DNA of 64,000 bases from Sediminibacterium sp. GTDB lineage: Bacteria; Bacteroidota; Bacteroidia; Chitinophagales; Chitinophagaceae. The notes under the pieces were generated by a model that was not told the DNA's origin, did no database searches, and worked only from the letters and a program-made list of their open reading frames with translations. Within the stretch, counting starts at the first letter, position 1. Each line of letters opens with the position of its first letter. The stretch spans positions 9,528 to 73,527 of the forward strand of contig JBIINW010000001.1 in assembly GCA_044337245.1 (NCBI GenBank), read 5' to 3'. Positions 37,939 to 47,782 of the stretch are shown here, piece by piece. Both the position numbers and the translations under genes were made by a program.

Positions 37939-40176
37939 TTATTCCCCTGCCGATAAATTAATAATGTACTTAGGAGGTGCACTCCGCTGCAGTTGCATAT
38001 CAGGTTTTGCATTATTAATCACATAGCGAGTATCAGGCAACTGCTTTTCGGTTCGTAAATAATTAGCTAACGCCTGGTTTCTTCTTTCCATCACTTCCGC
38101 CACCCACTTACTCAGGCTTTCCTTACCCATTATACGCACACATTTTTCTTCTGTAGAATGTAAGTCGGTTTGTCCGGTTACCCGCTGATTAACAAACTTA
38201 ACAAACAAAGAATCGGTTTCAGGTAAACTGTCTAAACGAGCTTTTATTTCAGCGGTCATCACACCCCCTGCAGGCAGTTGAAGATATTTTTTCTTGGTTT
38301 CATTTACAGCAATAATAGATGCTTCATCCTCAAGGTTGGTTTCCTGAATCAATTCCATCTTCATTTCGGGCTTTTGCTGTAACACCTTACAAAGATTATC
38401 AAGCACTTTCCGCTGTTTAGGTTCAATACCTAGTTGAACATATTCGAAATACACTTCTTTAAAATCTTCCTCCTTACCGCCAAATAAATTGGCAATTAAG
38501 CGAAAAGGAGCAGTGGCTACTTTTACAATTAAATTTTTTACTACCTGCCAAACCACTTTTCCCACGCGAAATTTGGGATCGTCTAGGCTACCCTTCACGG
38601 GAATATCCAGGTGAATATTTCCTTTCACGTCTTTCAGCAACGAAACAGCCAGCGGAACCGGCAAATTCATTGCAGTTGCATTTTTCACCTTTTTACCTGT
38701 TTTCACCCGCTCAATATCTAAGGTGTTTTTACTATCTAACTGATTATTGATTACCGAAGTAACATTTACATATTTAATCTTTCCATTCTGGAAAGGAGTA
38801 GCCACATAATATTTGAAGTAAGGATTGAAATCAGTAATCAGCAGATCACTGATGGCGGCATCAATTATAATGTCTCTGTAATCTTTTGGGTTTACTTTAA
38901 GGGTTCCCTTCATCCTTCCTGATGTATTCAACCTAGAACTTACCGCAAAGTTTAAAAAATCACTCTGACTATTAATACGCTCACTAGTTAACAAAACAGA
39001 ATCCAGCACATACCGAAAACGGTCGCCGCGGGTATAATCGGTAAACACACACTGTCCGCCCGATATACTCAACCGGTTTACCTTATACTCATTCATATCA
39101 TACTGCTGCACCAAATCTTGAATATATCCTGCCATCAATAAAAAAATGTTGGAATAAACCTGAGAAGAAGTGTCTCCACTAACAGCGGAAGGCGTTGTAA
39201 AAATACGCTCATAATTAAACCCTTTGTCGTACATGGAAAGCCGAATAAAGGGGCGACTTATATTGATATAAGCAAACTCATAGCGGTTGCGTGCCGTATT
39301 AATAGTATCAATTTTTACTGCCATTTGCTCTGCTGCCGTTAGCAATTCTCCGGATTCATCTACGATGGCAAATTTTTCTGCTACCAATGTGCCAGATAAA
39401 GCAATATCCAGTGGCCGATCTCCATTACCCGACAATGTAAATTTTCCGCCAACAATACCTCTTAATTCATTCACCTTCATATAATCTTTCAGGTAGGGAT
39501 ACATCCAGTTGATATTGAACTTTTGCACATCGCCTTCAAGTAAATAATTCATGGATGTACTATTAAAATCGAGGGTGACCTTAGCATCACCGCCCGTTTG
39601 TAGTCGAGAAGAAAGTTTAACATGATAAGCAGGATCATCCCAGGCAATATCTTTTATTTGTGCAAAAGTGTTAATTAATTTTACTGATACTGCAGGCTTA
39701 TTATTGGTATATACAAGGGTTGCATCATTTACAGAAAGCTGACGAACCCAATAGGCAGCAGGTTTATCGCCCGGCTTTGGGGGAGTGTTATCTTGTAAAA
39801 AACGCTCTAATAAATCATCATAATTAAATTGATCTCCCTTTTGCGCAATTCGGATAACTGGTCGGTCGATAGTTAATTTTTTTATCAGGTAGTTGCTATA
39901 GAACAAACGTAAAAGAGAAACCCGGGAATTGATTTCGCCCACACTTATAAAAACTCCCTTCCTACCCTTTTCATATATGCGGAGTCCTTTTACATTAATA
40001 TCCCCATTGAATAAATTAATTCGTAAATAATTCATATTTATTAATCGGCCGGTGTACTGCTCGCTGTACTTTTCAATCACATATTTGGCTATTGGAGATA
40101 TAAAAATAGCCGTCAATATAATCAACCCAACCAGGGCAGAAATAAAGTATAGAATTATTCTATTCCAATTCAGCAT
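37939..40176 (-). CDS. DUF748/AsmA-like envelope protein
   Basis: N-terminal membrane anchor, repeated beta-taco-like segments, LAVSLLKD...DIPVKGSLDDPKF. Start moved to ATG 40176. Confidence 0.75.
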   Translation of the reverse strand: MLNWNRIILYFISALVGLIILTAIFISPIAKYVIEKYSEQYTGRLINMNYLRINLFNGDINVKGLRIYEKGRKGVFISVGEINSRVSLLRLFYSNYLIKKLTIDRPVIRIAQKGDQFNYDDLLERFLQDNTPPKPGDKPAAYWVRQLSVNDATLVYTNNKPAVSVKLINTFAQIKDIAWDDPAYHVKLSSRLQTGGDAKVTLDFNSTSMNYLLEGDVQKFNINWMYPYLKDYMKVNELRGIVGGKFTLSGNGDRPLDIALSGTLVAEKFAIVDESGELLTAAEQMAVKIDTINTARNRYEFAYINISRPFIRLSMYDKGFNYERIFTTPSAVSGDTSSQVYSNIFLLMAGYIQDLVQQYDMNEYKVNRLSISGGQCVFTDYTRGDRFRYVLDSVLLTSERINSQSDFLNFAVSSRLNTSGRMKGTLKVNPKDYRDIIIDAAISDLLITDFNPYFKYYVATPFQNGKIKYVNVTSVINNQLDSKNTLDIERVKTGKKVKNATAMNLPVPLAVSLLKDVKGNIHLDIPVKGSLDDPKFRVGKVVWQVVKNLIVKVATAPFRLIANLFGGKEEDFKEVYFEYVQLGIEPKQRKVLDNLCKVLQQKPEMKMELIQETNLEDEASIIAVNETKKKYLQLPAGGVMTAEIKARLDSLPETDSLFVKFVNQRVTGQTDLHSTEEKCVRIMGKESLSKWVAEVMERRNQALANYLRTEKQLPDTRYVINNAKPDMQLQRSAPPKYIINLSAGE

Positions 40177-40622
40177 ATCGGCATCTATATTGGGAGAATG
40201 AAGTTTTTTACCCCCCTTACTTTGCAAAGTAAAAAAAATCATGCAATTTAACTACCAAAAAGGCAGGGTAGATAACTAATTCAAGAGATACATTATGGCT
40301 GGAATTTCCCTTTACGCCCCTAATTATATACAAAAACTTTACAGTACAGCTTTGCAAAAGGAAGTTTGAATTTACCTAAAATCGGTAGTCTATCATTAGA
40401 AAGTTATGGCAAATGCGGATTTTCAGAAAAAATAGCAATCATGCCATTTTTAGACGCAGGTAAAAAATGAATCCCCCTTTCTGTCATTGTGCCAGATGGC
40501 GTATTACTTACCTTAAGAAATATAGATATGCCAAAGGAACCTGGAACAGGTGGAAAACCGGGGGAAATAAAAAATGATGTATTTAATTACATACCCCTAA
40601 TTTTGTTCAATTTCACTACCGC

Positions 40623-41816
40623 ATGAACCCTACCCTTTCTTCCAACGAATCCATCCGCTCCGGCAAAAAAAAGATAATTGTATTAGGCAGTGGCCCTAAC
40701 CGAATTGGTCAAGGAATTGAATTTGACTATTGCTGTGTGCATGGTTTACTGGCCATTAAAGAATGTGGGTATGAGGCAATCATGATCAATTGTAACCCCG
40801 AAACCGTTTCCACTGATTTCGATATGGCGGATAAACTATATTTCGAGCCAGTATTTTGGGAACATTTGTGGGATATCATAGAATTGGAAAAGCCCGATGG
40901 AATCATCGTTCAGCTGGGCGGACAAACGGCCTTGAAAATGGCAAAAAGGCTGCACGAAAAAGGAATTCCCATTGTGGGCACTTCCTTCGATAGTATGGAT
41001 ATTGCAGAAGACCGCGGCCGGTTTAGCGACCTGCTGAAAGAACTGGATATTCCCTATCCTGATTATGGAACGGCCCATACAGCCGATGAAGCGATTGAAG
41101 TAGCCAATAAAGTAGGCTATCCGGTGCTCGTTCGTCCCAGCTATGTTTTAGGGGGGCAGCGAATGCGTATCGTGATTAATGATGAAGATGTAGAAAAAGC
41201 CGTAATCAGCCTACTGAAACACTTACCCGGCAATAAAATTCTTGTAGACCATTTTCTCGATCGTTGTCAGGAAGCCGAAGTAGACGCCATATTCGACGGC
41301 GAAAATTTTCACATCATGGGCGTAATGGAACATATCGAACCCGCCGGAATTCATAGCGGTGATAGCAATGCGGTATTACCTGCATTCAACCTCACTCCCC
41401 TTATTGTTGAAACCATGGAACGCTATTCCGAAACCATAGCAAGATCGCTGAATATTAAGGGATTAATTAATATTCAGTTTGCCATAAAAAATGGTAAAGT
41501 GTTCGTGATTGAAGCCAATCCGCGGGCAAGCCGAACTACTCCTTTTATTGCCAAAGCCTATCAGATTCCTTACCTCAATATTGCCACCAAAGTAATGTTA
41601 GGCGCTGCCAAACTCACCGATTTTACTATGGTAAAAAAGCTGGAAGGCTATGCCATTAAAGAACCCGTATTCAGTTTCAATAAGTTTCCGGGGGTTAATA
41701 AAGAATTAGGACCAGAAATGAAAAGCACCGGAGAATCTATTCGGTTTATTAAAGATTTACATGATCCCTACTTCCGTACTTTGTACAAAGAAAGAAGCAT
41801 GAACCTCAGTAAGTAG
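40623..41816 (+). CDS. carB: Carbamoyl-phosphate synthase large subunit, C-terminal half only
   Basis: Begins at the inter-domain linker (NESIRSGKKKIIVLGSGPNRIGQGIEFDYC) and has a complete second ATP-grasp (VRPSYVLGG, EHIEPAGIHSGD, EANPRASRT). No N-terminal half upstream. Confidence 0.88.
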   Translation: MNPTLSSNESIRSGKKKIIVLGSGPNRIGQGIEFDYCCVHGLLAIKECGYEAIMINCNPETVSTDFDMADKLYFEPVFWEHLWDIIELEKPDGIIVQLGGQTALKMAKRLHEKGIPIVGTSFDSMDIAEDRGRFSDLLKELDIPYPDYGTAHTADEAIEVANKVGYPVLVRPSYVLGGQRMRIVINDEDVEKAVISLLKHLPGNKILVDHFLDRCQEAEVDAIFDGENFHIMGVMEHIEPAGIHSGDSNAVLPAFNLTPLIVETMERYSETIARSLNIKGLINIQFAIKNGKVFVIEANPRASRTTPFIAKAYQIPYLNIATKVMLGAAKLTDFTMVKKLEGYAIKEPVFSFNKFPGVNKELGPEMKSTGESIRFIKDLHDPYFRTLYKERSMNLSK

Positions 41817-41898
41817 TTGCCGAAATTACAGCTAGCTTTTTTCACCCTTTTTTTATAAGCCGATCCGGCTGAGCGGAACATGGAGTAGGTTTATCCTC

Positions 41899-43974
41899 AT
41901 GAATTCGCCTCCCCGCAATTTTTGGAAGCCACTTCCCTTTGTTAGAATGATGTTGCCAATGCTGTTGGGTATTTGCCTAGCAATGCTTCAGATTCGCATT
42001 CCGCTGGCTTATCCCCTGATTGCAATTATTATTGGACTGCTAATTTTCACAACTTGGGGTCCGCTTGTTTGGAAATGGCGGATAAGGAAAATACGGGGAT
42101 GGGGTTTTGTATTATTATGTTTACTGGCAGGCTATGCAAGAACTACCTATTTTTTAGATATACCTAAGCAAACTGCTATCCCCGCTAACAAAAGTATTGA
42201 ACTGGCAATTCGCTTGCAAAGTATACCTGAACCCACTAAGTCGGGATTTCAATCTATCGGCATACTTGAACATTATCATCACCAGGGGCAAGTATATACC
42301 AGTTCTCAAAAAGTACTGTTGTGGTTCAACAAAGAAACCTTTCCCCTACCTGCTCGAGGAGATGTTCTGATAGGGAGGGCTCAACTTATCCCAATAGCCC
42401 CTGCTATAAATCCGGGAGGTTTTGATGCAGCTGCGTATTATAGCAGGCAGCAAATTTATTTTCGCTGCCGATTTTATTCCGGGCAGTACCAGCGGGTTAC
42501 CCAAAAAAATCCTTCTGCTGTTTTCGCTTGGATGTATTCACTTAAGCAATCAAGCTTGCGCATACTGCGGAAATATATAATTGGAAAAAACGAACAAGCC
42601 ATTGCAGAAGCCCTGTTAATCGGATATAAGCAGCAGTTAGATCCTGAGTTGGTAAATGCCTATAGCGAAATAGGCATTGTGCATATTATCGCAATCAGTG
42701 GAATGCATATGGCATTGTTATTTGCATTATTAAATGTATGTGTGGGAAGATTATCGAGCCTGCCCATGGGTAAATGGATAAAGCTTTGTATTCAATTAAT
42801 CGCCATTTGGGTGTTTACGTGGATTACCGGCGGATCAGCTTCCGTGTTAAGAGCAGCGGGTATTTTTTCAGCACTGAGTTTAGGAGAAACGCTGGGAAGA
42901 AAAAACCAACCCTTCAATTCGCTGGCAGGATCGGCAGTATGTTTACTGCTGATAAATCCTTTCTTTTTACAGGATGCAGGATTTTTACTTTCCTATGCGG
43001 CAGTAATGGGTATTTTGTTGCTGGCGAAACCGCTCTACCGATGCGTTTATACAAGCAACCCATTACTAAGCGCCATCTGGCAACTGAATGCCGTTACCAT
43101 TGCTGCCCAATTGTTTACTTTGCCCCTGATACTTTATTTCTTCCATCGTTTCCCTTTATTTTTTTTATGTACCAATATGATTGCCATACCGCTATCAGGA
43201 CTGATTTTATATGGTGAAATACTTATCCTGTTACTTTCAGCATTTCCCGGTATTGCCGGGATTATTGGCAGTTGTACCGAATGGGGCATACTACTCATGA
43301 ATCAGTGGACTATCGCCACCCACCGACTGCCCGGCGCTTCATTGGGCGGAATATACCTGAGTGGCATCCAATCCATATTGCTATGTGCAGCTATACTATT
43401 ATTATATGCAGGATGGTATTTTCGAAAAAAGATATACTGGTATGGTGCTGCAATAGCATTGGTATATATTACCGCCTTATATAGCTTTCGCTCAATACAA
43501 CAAAGTAAACAACAGTATTGGGTAATCTATCAATTAAAGGGTAAAACAGCTATTCACCTGATTGGTGGGAAACAACAATTCCTGCTTTCAGATACTGCCC
43601 AAACGATTGAACCTATTTTACGTAGTTTCGAATCAACTGCTGAATGGTACTGGGGAGCCCAACAATATGGCATGCCCCACTCTATGAGCTATCAATATCC
43701 GATAATCAGCGGTAAGCAGGGAATATTAGCCATTTTGCGGGGGAAAGATACGGCTGTCCTAAGCCGTTTACCCAAGCAGGCCGATTTTATACTTATAACA
43801 GATAATTGTCCCTTGAAATTAGCAGCCATCCTTGCCAAAACTCGTTGTTCACATTTTATATTCGATGGAAGCAATGCTATGTGGAAAATCAGGGAATGGA
43901 AAAAAGAAGCCGAGCGCCTACATTTGCGTCATTATTCTACCCCGGAACAGGGTGCCCTTATAATCCGTTTTTAA
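41899..43974 (+). CDS. comEC: ComEC/Rec2 family competence membrane protein
   Basis: HIIAISGMH, SASVLRA, DAGFLLSYAAV and TIAAQLFTLP motifs. Confidence 0.88.
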   Translation: MNSPPRNFWKPLPFVRMMLPMLLGICLAMLQIRIPLAYPLIAIIIGLLIFTTWGPLVWKWRIRKIRGWGFVLLCLLAGYARTTYFLDIPKQTAIPANKSIELAIRLQSIPEPTKSGFQSIGILEHYHHQGQVYTSSQKVLLWFNKETFPLPARGDVLIGRAQLIPIAPAINPGGFDAAAYYSRQQIYFRCRFYSGQYQRVTQKNPSAVFAWMYSLKQSSLRILRKYIIGKNEQAIAEALLIGYKQQLDPELVNAYSEIGIVHIIAISGMHMALLFALLNVCVGRLSSLPMGKWIKLCIQLIAIWVFTWITGGSASVLRAAGIFSALSLGETLGRKNQPFNSLAGSAVCLLLINPFFLQDAGFLLSYAAVMGILLLAKPLYRCVYTSNPLLSAIWQLNAVTIAAQLFTLPLILYFFHRFPLFFLCTNMIAIPLSGLILYGEILILLLSAFPGIAGIIGSCTEWGILLMNQWTIATHRLPGASLGGIYLSGIQSILLCAAILLLYAGWYFRKKIYWYGAAIALVYITALYSFRSIQQSKQQYWVIYQLKGKTAIHLIGGKQQFLLSDTAQTIEPILRSFESTAEWYWGAQQYGMPHSMSYQYPIISGKQGILAILRGKDTAVLSRLPKQADFILITDNCPLKLAAILAKTRCSHFIFDGSNAMWKIREWKKEAERLHLRHYSTPEQGALIIRF

Positions 43975-44007
43975 CCCAGTTTCAAAAACACCTTTATACC
44001 CATTTTC

Positions 44008-45516
44008 ATGGAAAAGAAAATTCAATCCGCCCTGATTTCTGTTTTTTACAAAGATGGACTCGAACCATTAGCAGAAAAATTGCATCAACAAGGTGTAACC
44101 ATTTATTCAACCGGCGGCACACAACAATTTTTAGAAAAACTGGGCATACCCTGTGTAGCCGTTGAAACCGTTACCGGATACCCTTCCATTTTAGGTGGCC
44201 GGGTTAAAACGCTGCATCCTTCTGTTTTTGGAGGTATTTTGGGCAGAAGATATGAAGCATCAGATATAGAAGAAATGAAAACTTACCAGATACCTGAATT
44301 AGACCTGGTAATTGTAGATTTATATCCCTTTGAAGAAACGGTGAAAAATACAACAGAAGAAAAAGCCATCATTGAAAAAATTGATATTGGCGGCCCCTCC
44401 ATGATTCGTGCTGCAGCGAAAAATTTTCGGGATGTAACTGTACTGGCTTCCAAAGATGATTATGCAGTATTGCTGAACCTCTTAGTAAAACAAAATGGCT
44501 GTACAACCATTGAACAAAGAAAATCATTCGCTGCCAAGGCATTTGCCGTTGTAAAGCAATACGACATTGCCATTAGCGACTATTTTAATCCACCCCTACA
44601 ACAAATCCTCCGCTATGGAGAAAACCCTCACCAGCAGGCGTTTTTCGAAGGAAACCTTGCGGAAGTATTTACCCAATTAAACGGAAAAGAACTTTCTTAC
44701 AATAATCTGGTAGATGTGGATGCAGCCATTCAATTGATTAGTGAATTTGATGCCGGCAAAACTGCTTTCTCTTCCCACTCGATTTTTGCTATTATCAAAC
44801 ATAACAATGTTTGTGGGGTAGCTGCCGCAAACACAGTGCATACTGCCTGGGAGAAAGCGCTGGCCGGCGACCCCGAAAGTGCGTTTGGCGGTGTGCTGGT
44901 AACCAACAGCTCGGTAGACCTAGCTACTGCAGAAGCCATACAGGAAATATTTTTTGAAGTGCTGATTGCCCCGGCATTTGACGAAGCAGCATTGCCGGTT
45001 TTAACAGCCAAAAAAAATCGGATCCTTTTGCAACTGCAGCCAAATCAGGCTTCTAATCCACTTCAATATCGATCTTTACTAAATGGCAAACTATCACAAA
45101 CCTCCGATCAAGTATTGATTACCCATTGGAATGAAGTGGGTGGCAGAGATACAACCCCGGAAGAAAAATCAGACCTGGAATTTGCAAATATTATTTGTAA
45201 GCATTTGAAAAGCAACGCCATTGCTTTGGTGAAACATTTACAATTGGTTGGCAAAGGATGCGGACAAACCAGCCGGATTGATGCACTACGCCATGCGATT
45301 GAAAAAGCAAACCAGTTTCAATTTTCACTGGAGGGAGCAGTATTGGCTTCTGATGCATTTTTCCCTTTCAATGACTGTGTACAAATAGCACACCAGGCCG
45401 GCATGGTAGCGTTTATACAACCCGGAGGGTCGGTGCGCGATGGAGACAGCATTGAATATTGCAAAAGCAATCAGCTAGCTATGGTACTCACCGGCATGCG
45501 ACATTTCAGACATTAA
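44008..45516 (+). CDS. purH: Bifunctional AICAR transformylase/IMP cyclohydrolase
   Basis: ALISVFYKDG, GGRVKTLHP, IDIGGPS, RYGENPHQ, ASDAFFPF and GMRHFRH motifs. Confidence 0.97.
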   Translation: MEKKIQSALISVFYKDGLEPLAEKLHQQGVTIYSTGGTQQFLEKLGIPCVAVETVTGYPSILGGRVKTLHPSVFGGILGRRYEASDIEEMKTYQIPELDLVIVDLYPFEETVKNTTEEKAIIEKIDIGGPSMIRAAAKNFRDVTVLASKDDYAVLLNLLVKQNGCTTIEQRKSFAAKAFAVVKQYDIAISDYFNPPLQQILRYGENPHQQAFFEGNLAEVFTQLNGKELSYNNLVDVDAAIQLISEFDAGKTAFSSHSIFAIIKHNNVCGVAAANTVHTAWEKALAGDPESAFGGVLVTNSSVDLATAEAIQEIFFEVLIAPAFDEAALPVLTAKKNRILLQLQPNQASNPLQYRSLLNGKLSQTSDQVLITHWNEVGGRDTTPEEKSDLEFANIICKHLKSNAIALVKHLQLVGKGCGQTSRIDALRHAIEKANQFQFSLEGAVLASDAFFPFNDCVQIAHQAGMVAFIQPGGSVRDGDSIEYCKSNQLAMVLTGMRHFRH

Positions 45517-45548
45517 TCTTACAGAAGAAAGTACGTTAACTGAACGAA

Positions 45549-46472
45549 TTGACTCAACAGCAAAAAGCATATTTCGCACTTACCCTAACCAGTGTATTAT
45601 GGGGCAGTACCTGGGTTGCCAGTAAAGTTGCCGTGCAGCATGCACCAGGATTGCAAGTAGCCGGTATTCGACAACTTACGGCCGGCTGTATTTTAGTAGG
45701 CTGGTTTTTTTTGAAGGGGGAAAAAATTCCCCGGGCATCACAATTCAAATGGCTGCTGTTAATGGGCCTATTAATGTTTGTTTGCTCGAATGGACTGGCC
45801 ACCATAAGTTTAAAATATATTTCGAGCGGACTCAGCTCATTAATTGCTGCCATGTACCCCTTATGTGTGGTGATTATGGAAATGATTTTTTTCAAGAACC
45901 AGAAAATTAATGCCTATACTTTTGCCGGGTTATTATTAGGAATTGGAGGTATTGCGCTGGTATTATACAGTCATGCATTTAATGTGCAGCCACCCGGCTA
46001 TGGAATAGGTATAGCTACTTCAGTTATCTCGATGCTGGGATGGAGTGTAGCCACTTTACTTATTGCACGTAATAAAATGGATATGAACCCATATAATGCC
46101 ACGGGATGGCAAATGCTGATAGGATCCATCATCTTGTTAACCTTATCGGTAAGTACCCATAATTATATTCCTTTGCAGCAAATTCCGGCTAATACCTGGC
46201 TAGCCATTGCCTATCTGGTATCCGCCGGCTCTGTAATTGCTTTTGCCGCATTTATTTATTCGATGAAAAATCTTGAACCGGCTATTGCTTCTTTATATGC
46301 TTATATGAATCCCATAGTTGCCATATTAATTGGCGCCTGGGTTGTTGGGGAACATCTCACATTACCCATTATCATGGGATCGCTCATCACACTCGCAGGG
46401 GTATATATTGTAAACCGAAGCCTACATAGGGAAAAGGAACAAGCCCTTACTACTGATGCAGAAGCCATGTAA
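45549..46472 (+). CDS. EamA/DMT family transporter
   Basis: LWGSTW, two EamA repeats and YAYMNPIVA; TTG start. Confidence 0.88.
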   Translation: MTQQQKAYFALTLTSVLWGSTWVASKVAVQHAPGLQVAGIRQLTAGCILVGWFFLKGEKIPRASQFKWLLLMGLLMFVCSNGLATISLKYISSGLSSLIAAMYPLCVVIMEMIFFKNQKINAYTFAGLLLGIGGIALVLYSHAFNVQPPGYGIGIATSVISMLGWSVATLLIARNKMDMNPYNATGWQMLIGSIILLTLSVSTHNYIPLQQIPANTWLAIAYLVSAGSVIAFAAFIYSMKNLEPAIASLYAYMNPIVAILIGAWVVGEHLTLPIIMGSLITLAGVYIVNRSLHREKEQALTTDAEAM

Positions 46473-46473
46473 G

Positions 46474-47766
46474 TTATCCCATACCGGAAACCACTTCATC
46501 ATGTAATTTTTTCCAGGAAGGTGTTGCTAAACAATGTGGATGAAATACCAGAGATAGCTGAACCACAACTCCCCGAGTATTTTTTTGCAGATGCTTCAAA
46601 TAAGCCATCGCTTCATCGGGCGCACAATGCTGGTGATAGATTGCCGCCGTATCCATATAACAAAAGGGGTGTATCAGTAGCGAAGTAACTACATTTTTTT
46701 GCAGATCGAACCAGGGAAATGGATCGGCATATGATGCCCGAAAGCCATTCACCGCTCCATATCCCATACTATGCTCACGATCGATACCCAAATTGATTAG
46801 CCACTGGTATGATTCGGGCAGTCGAAAACGGAGATAGTGAAACCGAACATCAGTAATACTTTGCAACAAAACCTGCTGGAGTAAGACCAGTTCTTTTTGC
46901 ATTTCAGAAAAGTTAACGGAACTCTGTAAAGATGGATGCCAACCAACTTTTCCCTGCCGGCTGCATTCCTGAATAATACTTTGCACGGCAGCTAGATGAA
47001 TAGATTGTTGCCGGTCGTTCCCTTGTTGTTTTTCGTTGGCTGAAAAAAAATAAGTCCCTTGTTTGCCAACTTCTTTCAAAAGTTTCCATATAGATGGCCA
47101 TTGGTAATAAGGATCGGGCATGCTTCCGCCGATTACCTGTATTTGATGAGACAGAGCAGAAAATCGCCCGTGAAGCAGATGACCAAACAATGAACGCAGG
47201 TTATGGAAAATGGATTGATGATTGTATTGAAACAAAATGTCTGCATCATATGTGGTTAAGAATATAGGCTCATCAGTAATAGAAGGTGAGAACGATACAC
47301 CCAATATCTGCTTCAGCTGCTGAACCCAATGCTGAACCAGGGGAATGGATAAAAATCCCTCCCGATAAGCCAAGCTGGCCGTATGGGGAAAGCGACCATA
47401 TTTATCTGGAGTAAAAGGCAGATATTCTTCATAGCGAGAAACTAAATAAAAAGCTGCGGAGAATAAATCAAATGGAATATCACCAGTACCCGAAAAAAAT
47501 ATGGGATACCCTTCCCATTGAGTACATACAATAGAAATAGGGTGAATATCCGACTCGAAAACCAAACCCTGTGGCTGCATATGCAACACCGAATCGAATT
47601 TCTTTTCAGTTACATATTGAATCCGGGCTCCACCAAATTGAATAAACAGTTGCTCACTTTCAGTAATAGCCGCTTTTTTACCAAATAGCACCGAAATAAT
47701 ATAATCGAGTCGAGGCCCTCCCTGTTGTGTAAAAATCAACAAGCTGGTTTCTGGGGTGGGCAACAT
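46474..47766 (-). CDS. Polysaccharide deacetylase-like (DUF7033-type) protein
   Basis: DLFSAAFYLVSRYEEY, TYDAD, WHPS, RFHYLRF and GFRAS...PF.WFDL motifs. Start moved to 47766. Confidence 0.7.
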   Translation of the reverse strand: MLPTPETSLLIFTQQGGPRLDYIISVLFGKKAAITESEQLFIQFGGARIQYVTEKKFDSVLHMQPQGLVFESDIHPISIVCTQWEGYPIFFSGTGDIPFDLFSAAFYLVSRYEEYLPFTPDKYGRFPHTASLAYREGFLSIPLVQHWVQQLKQILGVSFSPSITDEPIFLTTYDADILFQYNHQSIFHNLRSLFGHLLHGRFSALSHQIQVIGGSMPDPYYQWPSIWKLLKEVGKQGTYFFSANEKQQGNDRQQSIHLAAVQSIIQECSRQGKVGWHPSLQSSVNFSEMQKELVLLQQVLLQSITDVRFHYLRFRLPESYQWLINLGIDREHSMGYGAVNGFRASYADPFPWFDLQKNVVTSLLIHPFCYMDTAAIYHQHCAPDEAMAYLKHLQKNTRGVVVQLSLVFHPHCLATPSWKKLHDEVVSGMG

Positions 47767-47782
47767 ACAAGTAGAATAAGGT

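Noticed and set aside
40243-40622. Riboswitch or PyrR attenuator upstream of the carB half
   Set aside because: Only small hairpins (e.g. CCTG-GAA-CAGG) were seen, with no recognisable aptamer or terminator/antiterminator set.
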